Positions 50,953 through 59,470 of a stretch of 64,000 nucleotides of DNA are shown here, piece after piece. The notes beneath the pieces were generated by a model, which worked only from the letters and a program-made list of their open reading frames with translations, ran no database searches and was not told the origin of the DNA. The DNA comes from Pseudobdellovibrionaceae bacterium. Lineage in GTDB: Bacteria; Bdellovibrionota; Bdellovibrionia; Bdellovibrionales; Bdellovibrionaceae. Position 1 is the first letter of the stretch. Each line of letters starts with the position of its first letter. The stretch is taken from contig JBDHWW010000002.1 of the NCBI GenBank assembly GCA_039810425.1, forward strand, positions 32,001-96,000, given 5' to 3'. The position numbers were made by a program, and so were the translations under genes.

Positions 50953-51726
50953 CTATTTTGTTTTATACTTAGATTTTGTTTTCGGACGGGGCAAGGTTTT
51001 TACAAAGGACCTTGCCTCTTCTTTTTCCAGCTCAGTAATCGCGCCCCAGTCTTTATTCGTGAGTGCACCAATAATCGCATAGGCAAATAGCGAATGTCTG
51101 CTCTGAGCATCCGCTTTTACGAGCTTCACCATGGTTTTTTTCCACCCGAGCTCTATGAATTGTCGAACGGTTTTAATCCCCGCTTTGCGAAATGCTTCTT
51201 CACTCTTCGGGCCTAGGTTTTTAAGATCCGAAATCTTCTTAGCTTTCTTCAAGGCATCTACGGCCGGCTCATCCGAGAACATTCTCGGCGTGCGTGTGTC
51301 GATGTTGCCGTAGTCTTCTTCTTTTTGGGCGCGCTTCTTTTTCGAAGTCTTCGGCTTCGGAACGCTTCCCCAATAGCTTGTCGGCTTCACCGCCTGAGCT
51401 ATCACCTCAGTGACGAGGTCTTCGAAATTTTCAGTCTCTAGCGGAAGATAGAGCCACTTCGGCAGAATCGGATGCGGCGTTAAAAAGGGAAAGCGCGCTA
51501 ACGCCTTTCCCTGAAACTCGCGATCCACCGGAAACATACAACCATTCCATATTTCAAATGGATATTTTTGGCGCTTATAAGTGCGATTCCCCGTACTCTC
51601 AAAGGTCGCAAGAACCATCTTGTCCTCGATATAATAGGCAAAGCCACCGAACATTGCTTTTCGGCGGTACTCGTCTTCGGGAAGAAGACCTTCAATCCAT
51701 TTAAGTTCTTGGGGTTCTTTAGCCAT
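50953..51726 (-). CDS. TfoX/Sxy-family protein (N- and C-terminal TfoX domains)
   Basis: KAMFGGFAYY (TfoX_N); LKNLGPKSE..F..AGIKT...F.ELG, LF.YA..GA (TfoX_C). Confidence 0.85.
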   Translation of the reverse strand: MAKEPQELKWIEGLLPEDEYRRKAMFGGFAYYIEDKMVLATFESTGNRTYKRQKYPFEIWNGCMFPVDREFQGKALARFPFLTPHPILPKWLYLPLETENFEDLVTEVIAQAVKPTSYWGSVPKPKTSKKKRAQKEEDYGNIDTRTPRMFSDEPAVDALKKAKKISDLKNLGPKSEEAFRKAGIKTVRQFIELGWKKTMVKLVKADAQSRHSLFAYAIIGALTNKDWGAITELEKEEARSFVKTLPRPKTKSKYKTK

Positions 51727-51766
51727 ACATTCTTATAGCGCGGCTCTCTGTGGGCCGTCTAGGGAT

Positions 51767-51782
51767 TGGTAGTTTCATTGCA
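51767..51782 (+). promoter_or_regulatory. Sigma-54 promoter candidate upstream of the MBOAT-like gene
   Basis: TGGTAGTTTCATTGCA (GG-N10-GC). Confidence 0.35.
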
Positions 51783-51869
51783 AAGCCGCCAAAAGTTCTA
51801 TCAGGACCTTAGTGCCCCTCTCGACGGCGGTTTACTTGTGGTCCCATACAAAATGAACAAAAATGGGCC

Positions 51870-53294
51870 ATGGGCTTTAAAATAATTTCTCCCGCGCAGT
51901 TAGAAATTCAGCTGCGGCGGTTTGAAATTCGTCTATCGCAATACTGTGCCGCCAGATTTAAGTGGCTCACTCCTCTGGCGGCAGCGCTTCTGGTTCTCTT
52001 AGCCTTTTGGACTAAATCCCTGATTGAAGTAGACCCGAAGAGTTTGCAAAACTCCGGCATGTTCTTGTTTACCCACCATGCCCGTTATGTCATGCCTTTT
52101 CTTCTGGCGGGTGCGGGAATCTCTATTTTTTTCCATCGCAAAAATCGGGCGTATTATACGACAGCCGTTACCATGATCGCCTGGGCACTGAATTGCTACA
52201 TGCTTTTCCTGGGTAAAGTGCCCGCGGATGTTTTCATCTGCATTCTTTGTTCCTTTCCAACGAATTGTATCTTTACATACTATTTAGGGGTCCATCGCCG
52301 CGAAGGCAGGCCCCGGGTGAGCCTTTCCATCGGCATGATCGCGTACTTTGCATTGACATGGGTTTACATCAGTACGCGACTCTACTCGCAGGATGAATAT
52401 GGGCAGTTACTACTGTTTTGGAATTTCAAGCTGCAGTACATGATTCTTGTCGCCATTCAGCTGGCTTTCGCGTTTTCTCCCCGGCCGGTGGATCCATTTC
52501 TTGCTTATAATCCGGTGACAGCGGCCCACAGTATACTTTGGCCCGTCACGACTTTGTTGGCCCGGCGAAACCGCCCTGCGATTTCGCGACTCTGGTGGAA
52601 TGGGTTTTGGTGCGTAATTTTGGGATATCTGATTATCTCTCTGCGCATTCAATTGGATAAATCAGACTTGGACGTTTCTAAAAATCTCTTTATTCGATCG
52701 ACCTCACGCTATTTTCTGCTGATTCTATCCGACGTTGGTGTTTTCAATCTCGTGACGGGTGTTGCAAGACTTTACGGCTACCGCGCTCGCGATGCCACGA
52801 GCTTTTCTTGGTTGGCTCGAACTCCAGCGGAATATTGGCGCCGTGGCAGCGTTTACCACTACGACTTCATCAATAGATATCTTTATCGTCGGCTATGGAA
52901 ACGCATCCGGATCCGATTTGTAGTAGCTTTCATTTGTTTCTTTTTCTTCTATGTGATGAAAAATGGGGCCCTGGACGTGGGGGCCATGTTCCTAAATTGG
53001 ATGGGCGCTGATATTCATGGCGCGTTTTATCGTAGCCCCGATACCCGTTACTCGGTGATTTTGTTCCTCCTGCACTTTCTATTGCTGTACACGACTCAGA
53101 GGTATTGGTTTTTTGAATGGTCACACCAAAAGAAAGTTTGGCAATCGTGGGCCTCGGTTCTCGCAACCTATGCCCTGCAAATATCGGCCATTGCTCTAGC
53201 CGTTGTATTGAACACTCATGGCCATCAATGGTTGATGCATCTTTGGAAAATTCTTACTTTATTTGGGTCAGGGGGCGATCTAAAGCTTCTGTAA
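51870..53294 (+). CDS. Degenerate MBOAT-family (DltB/AlgI-like) membrane protein
   Basis: About 10 TMs; GVARLYGY....SWLARTPAEYWRR.......INRYLY resembles the MBOAT G.A.LFG..N...P......FWRRWH......RDYVY block; both conserved His residues are absent. Confidence 0.6.
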   Translation: MGFKIISPAQLEIQLRRFEIRLSQYCAARFKWLTPLAAALLVLLAFWTKSLIEVDPKSLQNSGMFLFTHHARYVMPFLLAGAGISIFFHRKNRAYYTTAVTMIAWALNCYMLFLGKVPADVFICILCSFPTNCIFTYYLGVHRREGRPRVSLSIGMIAYFALTWVYISTRLYSQDEYGQLLLFWNFKLQYMILVAIQLAFAFSPRPVDPFLAYNPVTAAHSILWPVTTLLARRNRPAISRLWWNGFWCVILGYLIISLRIQLDKSDLDVSKNLFIRSTSRYFLLILSDVGVFNLVTGVARLYGYRARDATSFSWLARTPAEYWRRGSVYHYDFINRYLYRRLWKRIRIRFVVAFICFFFFYVMKNGALDVGAMFLNWMGADIHGAFYRSPDTRYSVILFLLHFLLLYTTQRYWFFEWSHQKKVWQSWASVLATYALQISAIALAVVLNTHGHQWLMHLWKILTLFGSGGDLKLL

Positions 53295-54066
53295 CTTTCT
53301 TCACTTTAGACATCATGCTTTTGAAATCATCAAAAGTCAGCGCTTGAGGTCCATCTGATAGCGCTTCCGCAGGACAAGGATGTACTTCCACGATAACGCC
53401 GTCAGCACCCGACGCCGCCGATGCAATTGCAAGATCTGGAACTAGGGCGCGGATCCCCACCGCATGTGACGGGTCGACAATGACTGGAAATGACGTATTC
53501 TTCTTTACGTAAACGACCGCATTTAAATCTAGAGTGTTACGAGTCGCCGTTTCAAATGTTCGAATTCCGCGCTCACAAAGAATGACGTTTTCGTTACCAC
53601 CGTTTGTGATGTACTCCGCTGCTTTAATCCACTCATCGATCAGGGCGGCGAACCCACGCTTCAAAAGGACCGGTTTGTTCTGCCTGCCCAGTTCTTTTAA
53701 GAGCGAGTAATTAAACATGTTCCGCGCACCCACTTGAAACATGTCGACGAAATCATGGACCTCTTCGACTTGCTCCGCGTCGGTAATTTCCGAAACGAGA
53801 CCCATGTTCGTTTCTTTTAAAACTTCTCGAACAAAATCAAACGAGCTTTCTCCCAAACCTTGAAAGGTCTTCGAAGACGTGCGCATCTTCCAAATCCCCC
53901 CGCGAAGTAAGCAGGCCCCATTGGATTTCACTGTCTGGGCTGTATCTAGAAACTGTTTTTTACTCTCGATGGAACAAGGGCCCGCAATGACTGAAAAGCT
54001 TTCGCCGCCGACTTCTACATTTCCGTAAGCAGTTCTAATTTTCACAACGCGGGTGAAGGGATTCAT
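53254..54066 (-). CDS. aroF: DAHP synthase type I-beta, no regulatory domain
   Basis: IAGPCSIES, RGG.WKMRTS, QVGARNM, LLKRG, LCERGIRTFE, DPSH, EVHP, SDG. Confidence 0.9.
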   Translation of the reverse strand: MNPFTRVVKIRTAYGNVEVGGESFSVIAGPCSIESKKQFLDTAQTVKSNGACLLRGGIWKMRTSSKTFQGLGESSFDFVREVLKETNMGLVSEITDAEQVEEVHDFVDMFQVGARNMFNYSLLKELGRQNKPVLLKRGFAALIDEWIKAAEYITNGGNENVILCERGIRTFETATRNTLDLNAVVYVKKNTSFPVIVDPSHAVGIRALVPDLAIASAASGADGVIVEVHPCPAEALSDGPQALTFDDFKSMMSKVKKVTEALDRPLTQIK

Positions 54067-54246
54067 ATAATAAGTATCGGTAAATATTAAACTTACCTCA
54101 AGCGCTCTCTCGCTGAAATGAACAGAGTTAACATCGCCGGCTACTTTTAAAATGTGAAGCCCGCACTAGGTCTAGCACCCAATCACTTTTTGCGCTGGTT
54201 TTTCGTACCGAGGAGTATAATAATTACTAAACAGTGAGAGGGAATC

Positions 54247-54543
54247 ATGAGCAAAAACGATACAGCACTGGCCATCTATGAGCTGAGAAATCAGATCGAC
54301 CTGATAGACAATCAAATTGCTGAAGCCCTGAATAAGCGCGCTGCCATCGTCGAAGAAGTTTGGACACTGAAACAGCAAAGCCAGCTCCCTTTTATTGATC
54401 AAGGCAGGGAAAACGCCATCTTCGCCCGGGTTCGCTCGATCGCAAAAGAGCCTCTGACGGCGGACTCCATGCAAAACATCTTTCAATGCATTCTCCACGA
54501 AGTCCGACCAAGAATTAAGAGTGCAAAAGCCAAATCAGGATAA
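54247..54543 (+). CDS. Monofunctional chorismate mutase (AroQ)
   Basis: LRNQIDLID.QI...L..R......V..LK......ID..RE catalytic pattern. Confidence 0.88.
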   Translation: MSKNDTALAIYELRNQIDLIDNQIAEALNKRAAIVEEVWTLKQQSQLPFIDQGRENAIFARVRSIAKEPLTADSMQNIFQCILHEVRPRIKSAKAKSG

Positions 54544-54546
54544 AAA

Positions 54547-56019
54547 GTGGTCGCTAAAAACGTAAAGAAAAAAACACCCTTTGAAGTCGAGCCTGGCTTC
54601 TACCTAGAAGACAACCGCAACCAACGGGCTGTCGTCCCCGTCACCAAAGAAACTCTTGAAACCAAACACGCAGCCATTATGCCTGAATGGGTGGTCGAAG
54701 GAAAAAGCGTACTCGATTTGGGCTGCTGCCTGGCGGCTACGGGACATTGGTGTCTTTCTTATGGCGCAAAAAAGTACACTGGCGTGGAACTCCAGCCCGT
54801 CTATGCCAAAAAAGCCAAAGAGCTTCTTGGCAAGCATTGGTCTAAGGATCAGTTTAAAATTGTCCAATCGGAAATTTCTGATTTTCTCGATGAAGTCAAA
54901 AAAGATGAATACGATATCGTGATGATGGCTGGCGTGCTTTATGTCTTCCTCGACTACTTCTCAGTTCTGGAGAAAATGGCCTATGCTTCGAAGGAATGGG
55001 TTCTGCTGGAATCCATCATGCCACAAAAAAATTTAGATCCAGAAACTCCATATGTCGAATTCGTGAACAAGCAAACCATCACCTTACCGAACGGGCAAGA
55101 ACGCGCACGCGGTATTGGCAGTCGTGTGAGTCCCGGCGGCTTAAAGATGGTTATGGAGCACTTTGGTTTCACAAGCCAAGAGGGTATTATTACCCCGGCT
55201 GCGGTTAAAGACACTCACGATGCTTTCAACGAAGTAATTCCGGGTTGGAAATCTCCGGTGCGTTTTATGATGCGCTTTCAAAAAAGTGGCGCAAAAGTCG
55301 CGGATTTATCCACCGAGCTCAAAACGGGTAGATTCAAACAGCCTAAAGCCGGCTTCGACTCCTACAAGCCCGGAACGAAATTGAAAGCCGGCTCTTGGCA
55401 GTTTAACGACATAGTCGCCGATGAGTTTGAAAATATCGCACTGACTTCGATTCCCCGCTACAAAGAAGTCATCGGCATGTGTGTCGAACTCGCCGCCAAA
55501 GCATATCCGGATAAAAAGTGCCGTGTTCTGGATGTGGGTTCTGCCATTGGCAAAACCATGGACGAATTCCATAGCAACGGATTCAAAGACGTTTGGGGCG
55601 TTGAAAAGTCCGAGGCCATGATCAAGGGGTCTAAATACCGTGATCATGTTATTCACTCCGACACTTTCCCGCCTGGCCAAAAGCCCTTCCACATAGTGTG
55701 CGCGAACTGGACACTTCATTTCGTGAAAGAGCGCCGGGCTTATTTGAAAGATATCTACAATGGCCTGGAGAAAGATGGCTTTTTAATTTTGTCTGATAAA
55801 ACTCAGGGAAATCCATTTCTTCTTGAGCTGTATCATGATTTTAAGCGCCGAAATGGCCTGACAGAGCAGCAGATTGCAGACAAAGCGGAATCTATCAAAG
55901 GGGTTCTGGAACCTTATCCTTTGACTTGGTATTTGGTCGAATTGAAAAACATCGGTTTTAACGAGGTTCACGTGATCAATGCCTACTATCACTTCACAAC
56001 CTTTTTGGCGCGCAAGTAG
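54547..56019 (+). CDS. Two-domain fusion: CmoB-like carboxymethyltransferase + CmoA-like carboxy-SAM synthase
   Basis: N-domain GKSVLDLGC, GVLY, PVR; C-domain WQF...VA..F......SIP.Y, NWTLHF, IYNGL..DG.LILSDK, HDFKRRNG. Confidence 0.8.
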   Translation: MVAKNVKKKTPFEVEPGFYLEDNRNQRAVVPVTKETLETKHAAIMPEWVVEGKSVLDLGCCLAATGHWCLSYGAKKYTGVELQPVYAKKAKELLGKHWSKDQFKIVQSEISDFLDEVKKDEYDIVMMAGVLYVFLDYFSVLEKMAYASKEWVLLESIMPQKNLDPETPYVEFVNKQTITLPNGQERARGIGSRVSPGGLKMVMEHFGFTSQEGIITPAAVKDTHDAFNEVIPGWKSPVRFMMRFQKSGAKVADLSTELKTGRFKQPKAGFDSYKPGTKLKAGSWQFNDIVADEFENIALTSIPRYKEVIGMCVELAAKAYPDKKCRVLDVGSAIGKTMDEFHSNGFKDVWGVEKSEAMIKGSKYRDHVIHSDTFPPGQKPFHIVCANWTLHFVKERRAYLKDIYNGLEKDGFLILSDKTQGNPFLLELYHDFKRRNGLTEQQIADKAESIKGVLEPYPLTWYLVELKNIGFNEVHVINAYYHFTTFLARK

Positions 56020-56063
56020 TTTTATATTGATCGCTAAATTTGTTTTTGAGACAGTTTATATCT

Positions 56064-56762
56064 ATGGAAGCAGCTAAAGTAAGAGCCTCACGCAGAAGTA
56101 TTTGTATTTTGTGGCATTTGAAATCGAAAAGAATTCTCTGCGTGACTCGCTATACTAGTACCGCCCAAGCACTGATGTCTTCCGGAATGGAGATGGGTTT
56201 TAATATTGTGTCTAGGGCCAAACCCATCCTCCACTCCGAAGACCGTGTCGAGCGTTTAAGACGTATCCCGCCGGAAGAACTCCCGAACTATCTTTTCCAT
56301 CGCCAGTCCGGGACCATCGTAAAAATTGAGAATCCAAAGCCCCTCACAGAAAAACAGAAAAATGCCTGCATTCTGCTCGCCGGCCGCGCTCGTTATCTTC
56401 GACGGGTCACTCGGGTGGTGAGTCAGGCTCGTAAACGCGTGGCGCCTTCTGAGCTCTATGGAGCCTTCGTTGACCAGATTCGCCGCGAACAAGCGTTGAA
56501 GTTCCGTGCATCCGGGTATGACGAGGCTTTGATTCAAGAATGCCTTTTCGTATTTCAGTATGCCCAAGTGAAGAAGATCACGGCACGAGCGGCGGCTGAT
56601 GAGATCATCTTCCGCTTTAGCTTGTTTGAAGCTGACCTGTGGAAAACAGAAGAAGTGAAGTTGAAATATTACGACCTCTTTGCCAATGCCGCAAATTTAG
56701 AAGACCTTCATGATATTTTTCAAGATTTTATCAGGGAGTACTATTTAAATGCCCGTGTCTAA
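56064..56762 (+). CDS. Hypothetical protein A (paralog of 58898..59470)
   Basis: In operon, overlaps the next gene; helical C-terminus LFANAANLEDLHDI; start uncertain (TTG 56040 or ATG 56064). Confidence 0.65.
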   Translation: MEAAKVRASRRSICILWHLKSKRILCVTRYTSTAQALMSSGMEMGFNIVSRAKPILHSEDRVERLRRIPPEELPNYLFHRQSGTIVKIENPKPLTEKQKNACILLAGRARYLRRVTRVVSQARKRVAPSELYGAFVDQIRREQALKFRASGYDEALIQECLFVFQYAQVKKITARAAADEIIFRFSLFEADLWKTEEVKLKYYDLFANAANLEDLHDIFQDFIREYYLNARV

Positions 56763-57864
56763 AAATATTTATATTTATAATCCCATGCTCATTACGAAGA
56801 AAAAGCTGCAGGATCTGCCGGGAATCCGGGCTTTTCGGCATGTGTTACATCTTTTCAATGAAAATGTTGTTTTGGTCGATCGCACCAATACCATTCAGGT
56901 GCCTGTGAATGTCACGGTTCACGCTCCAATTCCGGAGTTTCGTATGATTGACAAGTCTTACGAACAAATTTGTGATGAGCGTGCCCAGGAACTGCTTCAC
57001 CGGTCGGATGAACATGATTTACCGATCAATGTGTTCTATTCGGGCGGCATTGATTCCACTCTCGTTCTGGTTTCTCTCTTAAAAAATGCGACGGAAGCGC
57101 AGAAAAATCGCATCTGTGCTTTTATGTCCCAAGAATCTATCAACGAAAATCCCGCTTTCTACCGCGATCACCTCCGCGGCAAAGTCAAACTCGAGGCGGC
57201 CGCAATTTATCCCTACGCGCTGTCTAAGCGAGCCCTATTTGTCGGTGGTGAGCACAATGATCAAATCTTTGGGTCGGCATTATTTAAAGACTTCCTAGAC
57301 CTCCATGGTGAAGATGCCCTCGCGAAGAAATACAGCCGTAGTCAAATGGGGCAAATGTTTGGTCGAAAATGGCACAATGATGTCGTGATCTCTTGGTATA
57401 TGGACCTCTTTGAAAAAGTGCGTGCGGCGGCTCCTTGTCCGGTGGATTCCAATGCGGATTTCCTATGGTGGATTAATTTTTCTTTAAAGTGGCAGTCCGT
57501 TTATTTCCGAATGCTAACTTATGCTTCGGACTTTGTGATTCACAACATTGATCGAGATTTCATTGATAATAACTTCTTTCATTTCTATGGTACTGATGCT
57601 TTCCAGCTCTGGTCCATGGGGAATCCGGATAAGCGTGTCGTGACGAAATGGGAGTCTTACAAGCAAGAAGCAAAAGATGTGATTTATCGCTTTAATAAAG
57701 ATTCAGAGTATCGCGACTATAAAACAAAAAATGGCTCACTCGCATGGGTGATTATGCATCAGATCCAAAAGAACTTTATTGATGATCAAATGCATATGTA
57801 CATGACTTTGCCGCGTAAGGATTGGTTCAATCCCAATAATAGCTTTAGGGACGCTCCATTTTAG
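56749..57864 (+). CDS. PP-loop ATP pyrophosphatase, asparagine-synthetase C-domain-like, no glutaminase domain (B)
   Basis: YSGGIDST, GGEHNDQIFGS, terminal Lys KTK. Confidence 0.78.
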   Translation: MPVSKNIYIYNPMLITKKKLQDLPGIRAFRHVLHLFNENVVLVDRTNTIQVPVNVTVHAPIPEFRMIDKSYEQICDERAQELLHRSDEHDLPINVFYSGGIDSTLVLVSLLKNATEAQKNRICAFMSQESINENPAFYRDHLRGKVKLEAAAIYPYALSKRALFVGGEHNDQIFGSALFKDFLDLHGEDALAKKYSRSQMGQMFGRKWHNDVVISWYMDLFEKVRAAAPCPVDSNADFLWWINFSLKWQSVYFRMLTYASDFVIHNIDRDFIDNNFFHFYGTDAFQLWSMGNPDKRVVTKWESYKQEAKDVIYRFNKDSEYRDYKTKNGSLAWVIMHQIQKNFIDDQMHMYMTLPRKDWFNPNNSFRDAPF

Positions 57865-57867
57865 AAT

Positions 57868-58908
57868 ATGGAAAAACTCCTAAATCTGAGCTTTAAATCT
57901 AGCCAAAGCCTTAAGAAGGTTATCTTTCAGGAAGATCTTTTATTTGATCCCTTCGATAAGGCTGTTAGCCGTCTCAACTACAAGCCGGATCTTTTCAACT
58001 ACGATCTTCAATCGGAAACAGTTATTAGCATTCAAAAGCTCCACAAAGCAAAGACATGGGAAGAGTGCTGTGCGGAAAGGGCGTTAAGCTTACTGAAACT
58101 CGAATATGAAAATTATTGGTTTGCCTACAGTGGTGGCATCGATAGCACGGCGATGCTCACTTCGATCCTGAAGTTTTGGCCCGTCAAAGACCTAGCTCGT
58201 GTTTCCGTTGTGCTCACCCATCACTCTGTCGAGGAGAATCCATTTTTTTTTGATAAGTATATCGTGAAGTTTAATCTTATTAACACTCTTCGCCCGCTCT
58301 CAAAAATGTTGTTGAAGGAACGCACGCTCTTGGTGACCGGTGAACTTGGCGATCAACTTTTTGGCTCCGATATACTAGGGGCTGGTAGCCGCCATTATGG
58401 CGATGAGGTCCTTTTTAAAAACTATAAAGACGTGGCTCCAAAGATTATTGAAGCTTACCTTGGCACAAAAGGGCCTGGAAAAAGTATTTTTGAGCACTTT
58501 TATCCGATTGTTGAAGAAGCTCCTTTCCCGATTAAGACAGCCTATGACTTTTTTTGGTGGTTGAACTTCTCGCAAAAATGGCAACACGTGAAATTTCGTT
58601 TTACCGAAAGCAAAAGTTGGCATTTGGCGGCCAAATATGGCAGTCATATCCAGCACTTCTACGACAGCCCGGACTTCCAAAGCTGGAGCTTACAGAATCA
58701 TGATTTAAAAGTTCGCAGTACTTGGCAGTCTTACAAGTTCACTGCAAAGGACTACATTGCGGATTTTACCAAGGATCCAGGGCAGCTGGATCTGATGAAG
58801 ATTCAAAGCCTGGAAAAAACCTATGTCCTCGATGAAAAACGTATTGGCGTAGACTCGAACTACAAACCGATCCGAGCCTTTGAGGAGCTCAGGCACTATG
58901 CCAGATAG
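57868..58908 (+). CDS. PP-loop ATP pyrophosphatase, asparagine-synthetase C-domain-like, no glutaminase domain (B')
   Basis: YSGGIDST, TGELGDQLFGS; shares DF.WW.NFS.KWQ, HFY....FQ.WS, W.SYK..AKD with B. Confidence 0.78.
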   Translation: MEKLLNLSFKSSQSLKKVIFQEDLLFDPFDKAVSRLNYKPDLFNYDLQSETVISIQKLHKAKTWEECCAERALSLLKLEYENYWFAYSGGIDSTAMLTSILKFWPVKDLARVSVVLTHHSVEENPFFFDKYIVKFNLINTLRPLSKMLLKERTLLVTGELGDQLFGSDILGAGSRHYGDEVLFKNYKDVAPKIIEAYLGTKGPGKSIFEHFYPIVEEAPFPIKTAYDFFWWLNFSQKWQHVKFRFTESKSWHLAAKYGSHIQHFYDSPDFQSWSLQNHDLKVRSTWQSYKFTAKDYIADFTKDPGQLDLMKIQSLEKTYVLDEKRIGVDSNYKPIRAFEELRHYAR

Positions 58909-59470
58909 AGTAAAGCTCTTCATTTATACCGACGCTAAAACTCACCGTGTACTTTTAACAAAGCGAAGTACGAGGTTCAATTTTCTGGTAACTGTTCAAG
59001 GTGTTCATGTGCACATTCTCAGTTCGCGCCTTGAACTTCCGGAAATCAAGCCTATGGCTCAAACTTACACACCTAAAGTGGGACTGAAGAAGGCTGGATC
59101 AAAACTTGGCAAGCCGGCGCAAGAGCGCCTGGGCATTTTGCGTCGAAAGGTCGAGATCGTCATTCTGGTGCTGACGAGCCTCTATATTATGCGCGATGAG
59201 ATGAAGGCCACCTTCGCAAAGCGTGTTCTTGAAAACACCCCGATAAGTTCAGATAACTTCAAAAAATACTGGCTTTTTTCCGCCGAAGAAAAGAATCTCC
59301 TATCTGTGCGTCTTCAAAAATTCGAGAAAAAGTTCACTATGGCGGTCAATGCCGCAGAAACCCTGGATCAAGTGGATGCTCTTTACGAGCATCTGCATTT
59401 TAATGTGAATCTTGGGGTCTACTCAGTGATGAATAGAGAGAGAAAGGGGCTCCATGGCACAAAAAGTTAG
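58898..59470 (+). CDS. Hypothetical protein A' (paralog of 56064..56762)
   Basis: ATG 58898 overlapping the B' stop; C-terminal AVNAAETLDQVDAL. Confidence 0.6.
   Translation: MPDRVKLFIYTDAKTHRVLLTKRSTRFNFLVTVQGVHVHILSSRLELPEIKPMAQTYTPKVGLKKAGSKLGKPAQERLGILRRKVEIVILVLTSLYIMRDEMKATFAKRVLENTPISSDNFKKYWLFSAEEKNLLSVRLQKFEKKFTMAVNAAETLDQVDALYEHLHFNVNLGVYSVMNRERKGLHGTKS

Noticed and set aside
54067..54100. Sigma-28 promoter for aroF (ACCGATAC on the minus strand)
   Set aside because: No acceptable -35 element at the proper spacing.
56749..58908. QueC-type 7-deazaguanine, Dpd, QatC or CBASS-IV defence genes
   Set aside because: Only the generic SGGxDS loop is shared. There is no QueC Cys zinc motif and no TGT, QueD/E, FolE or nuclease/cyclase neighbours; GE..DQ.FG points to the AsnB branch.
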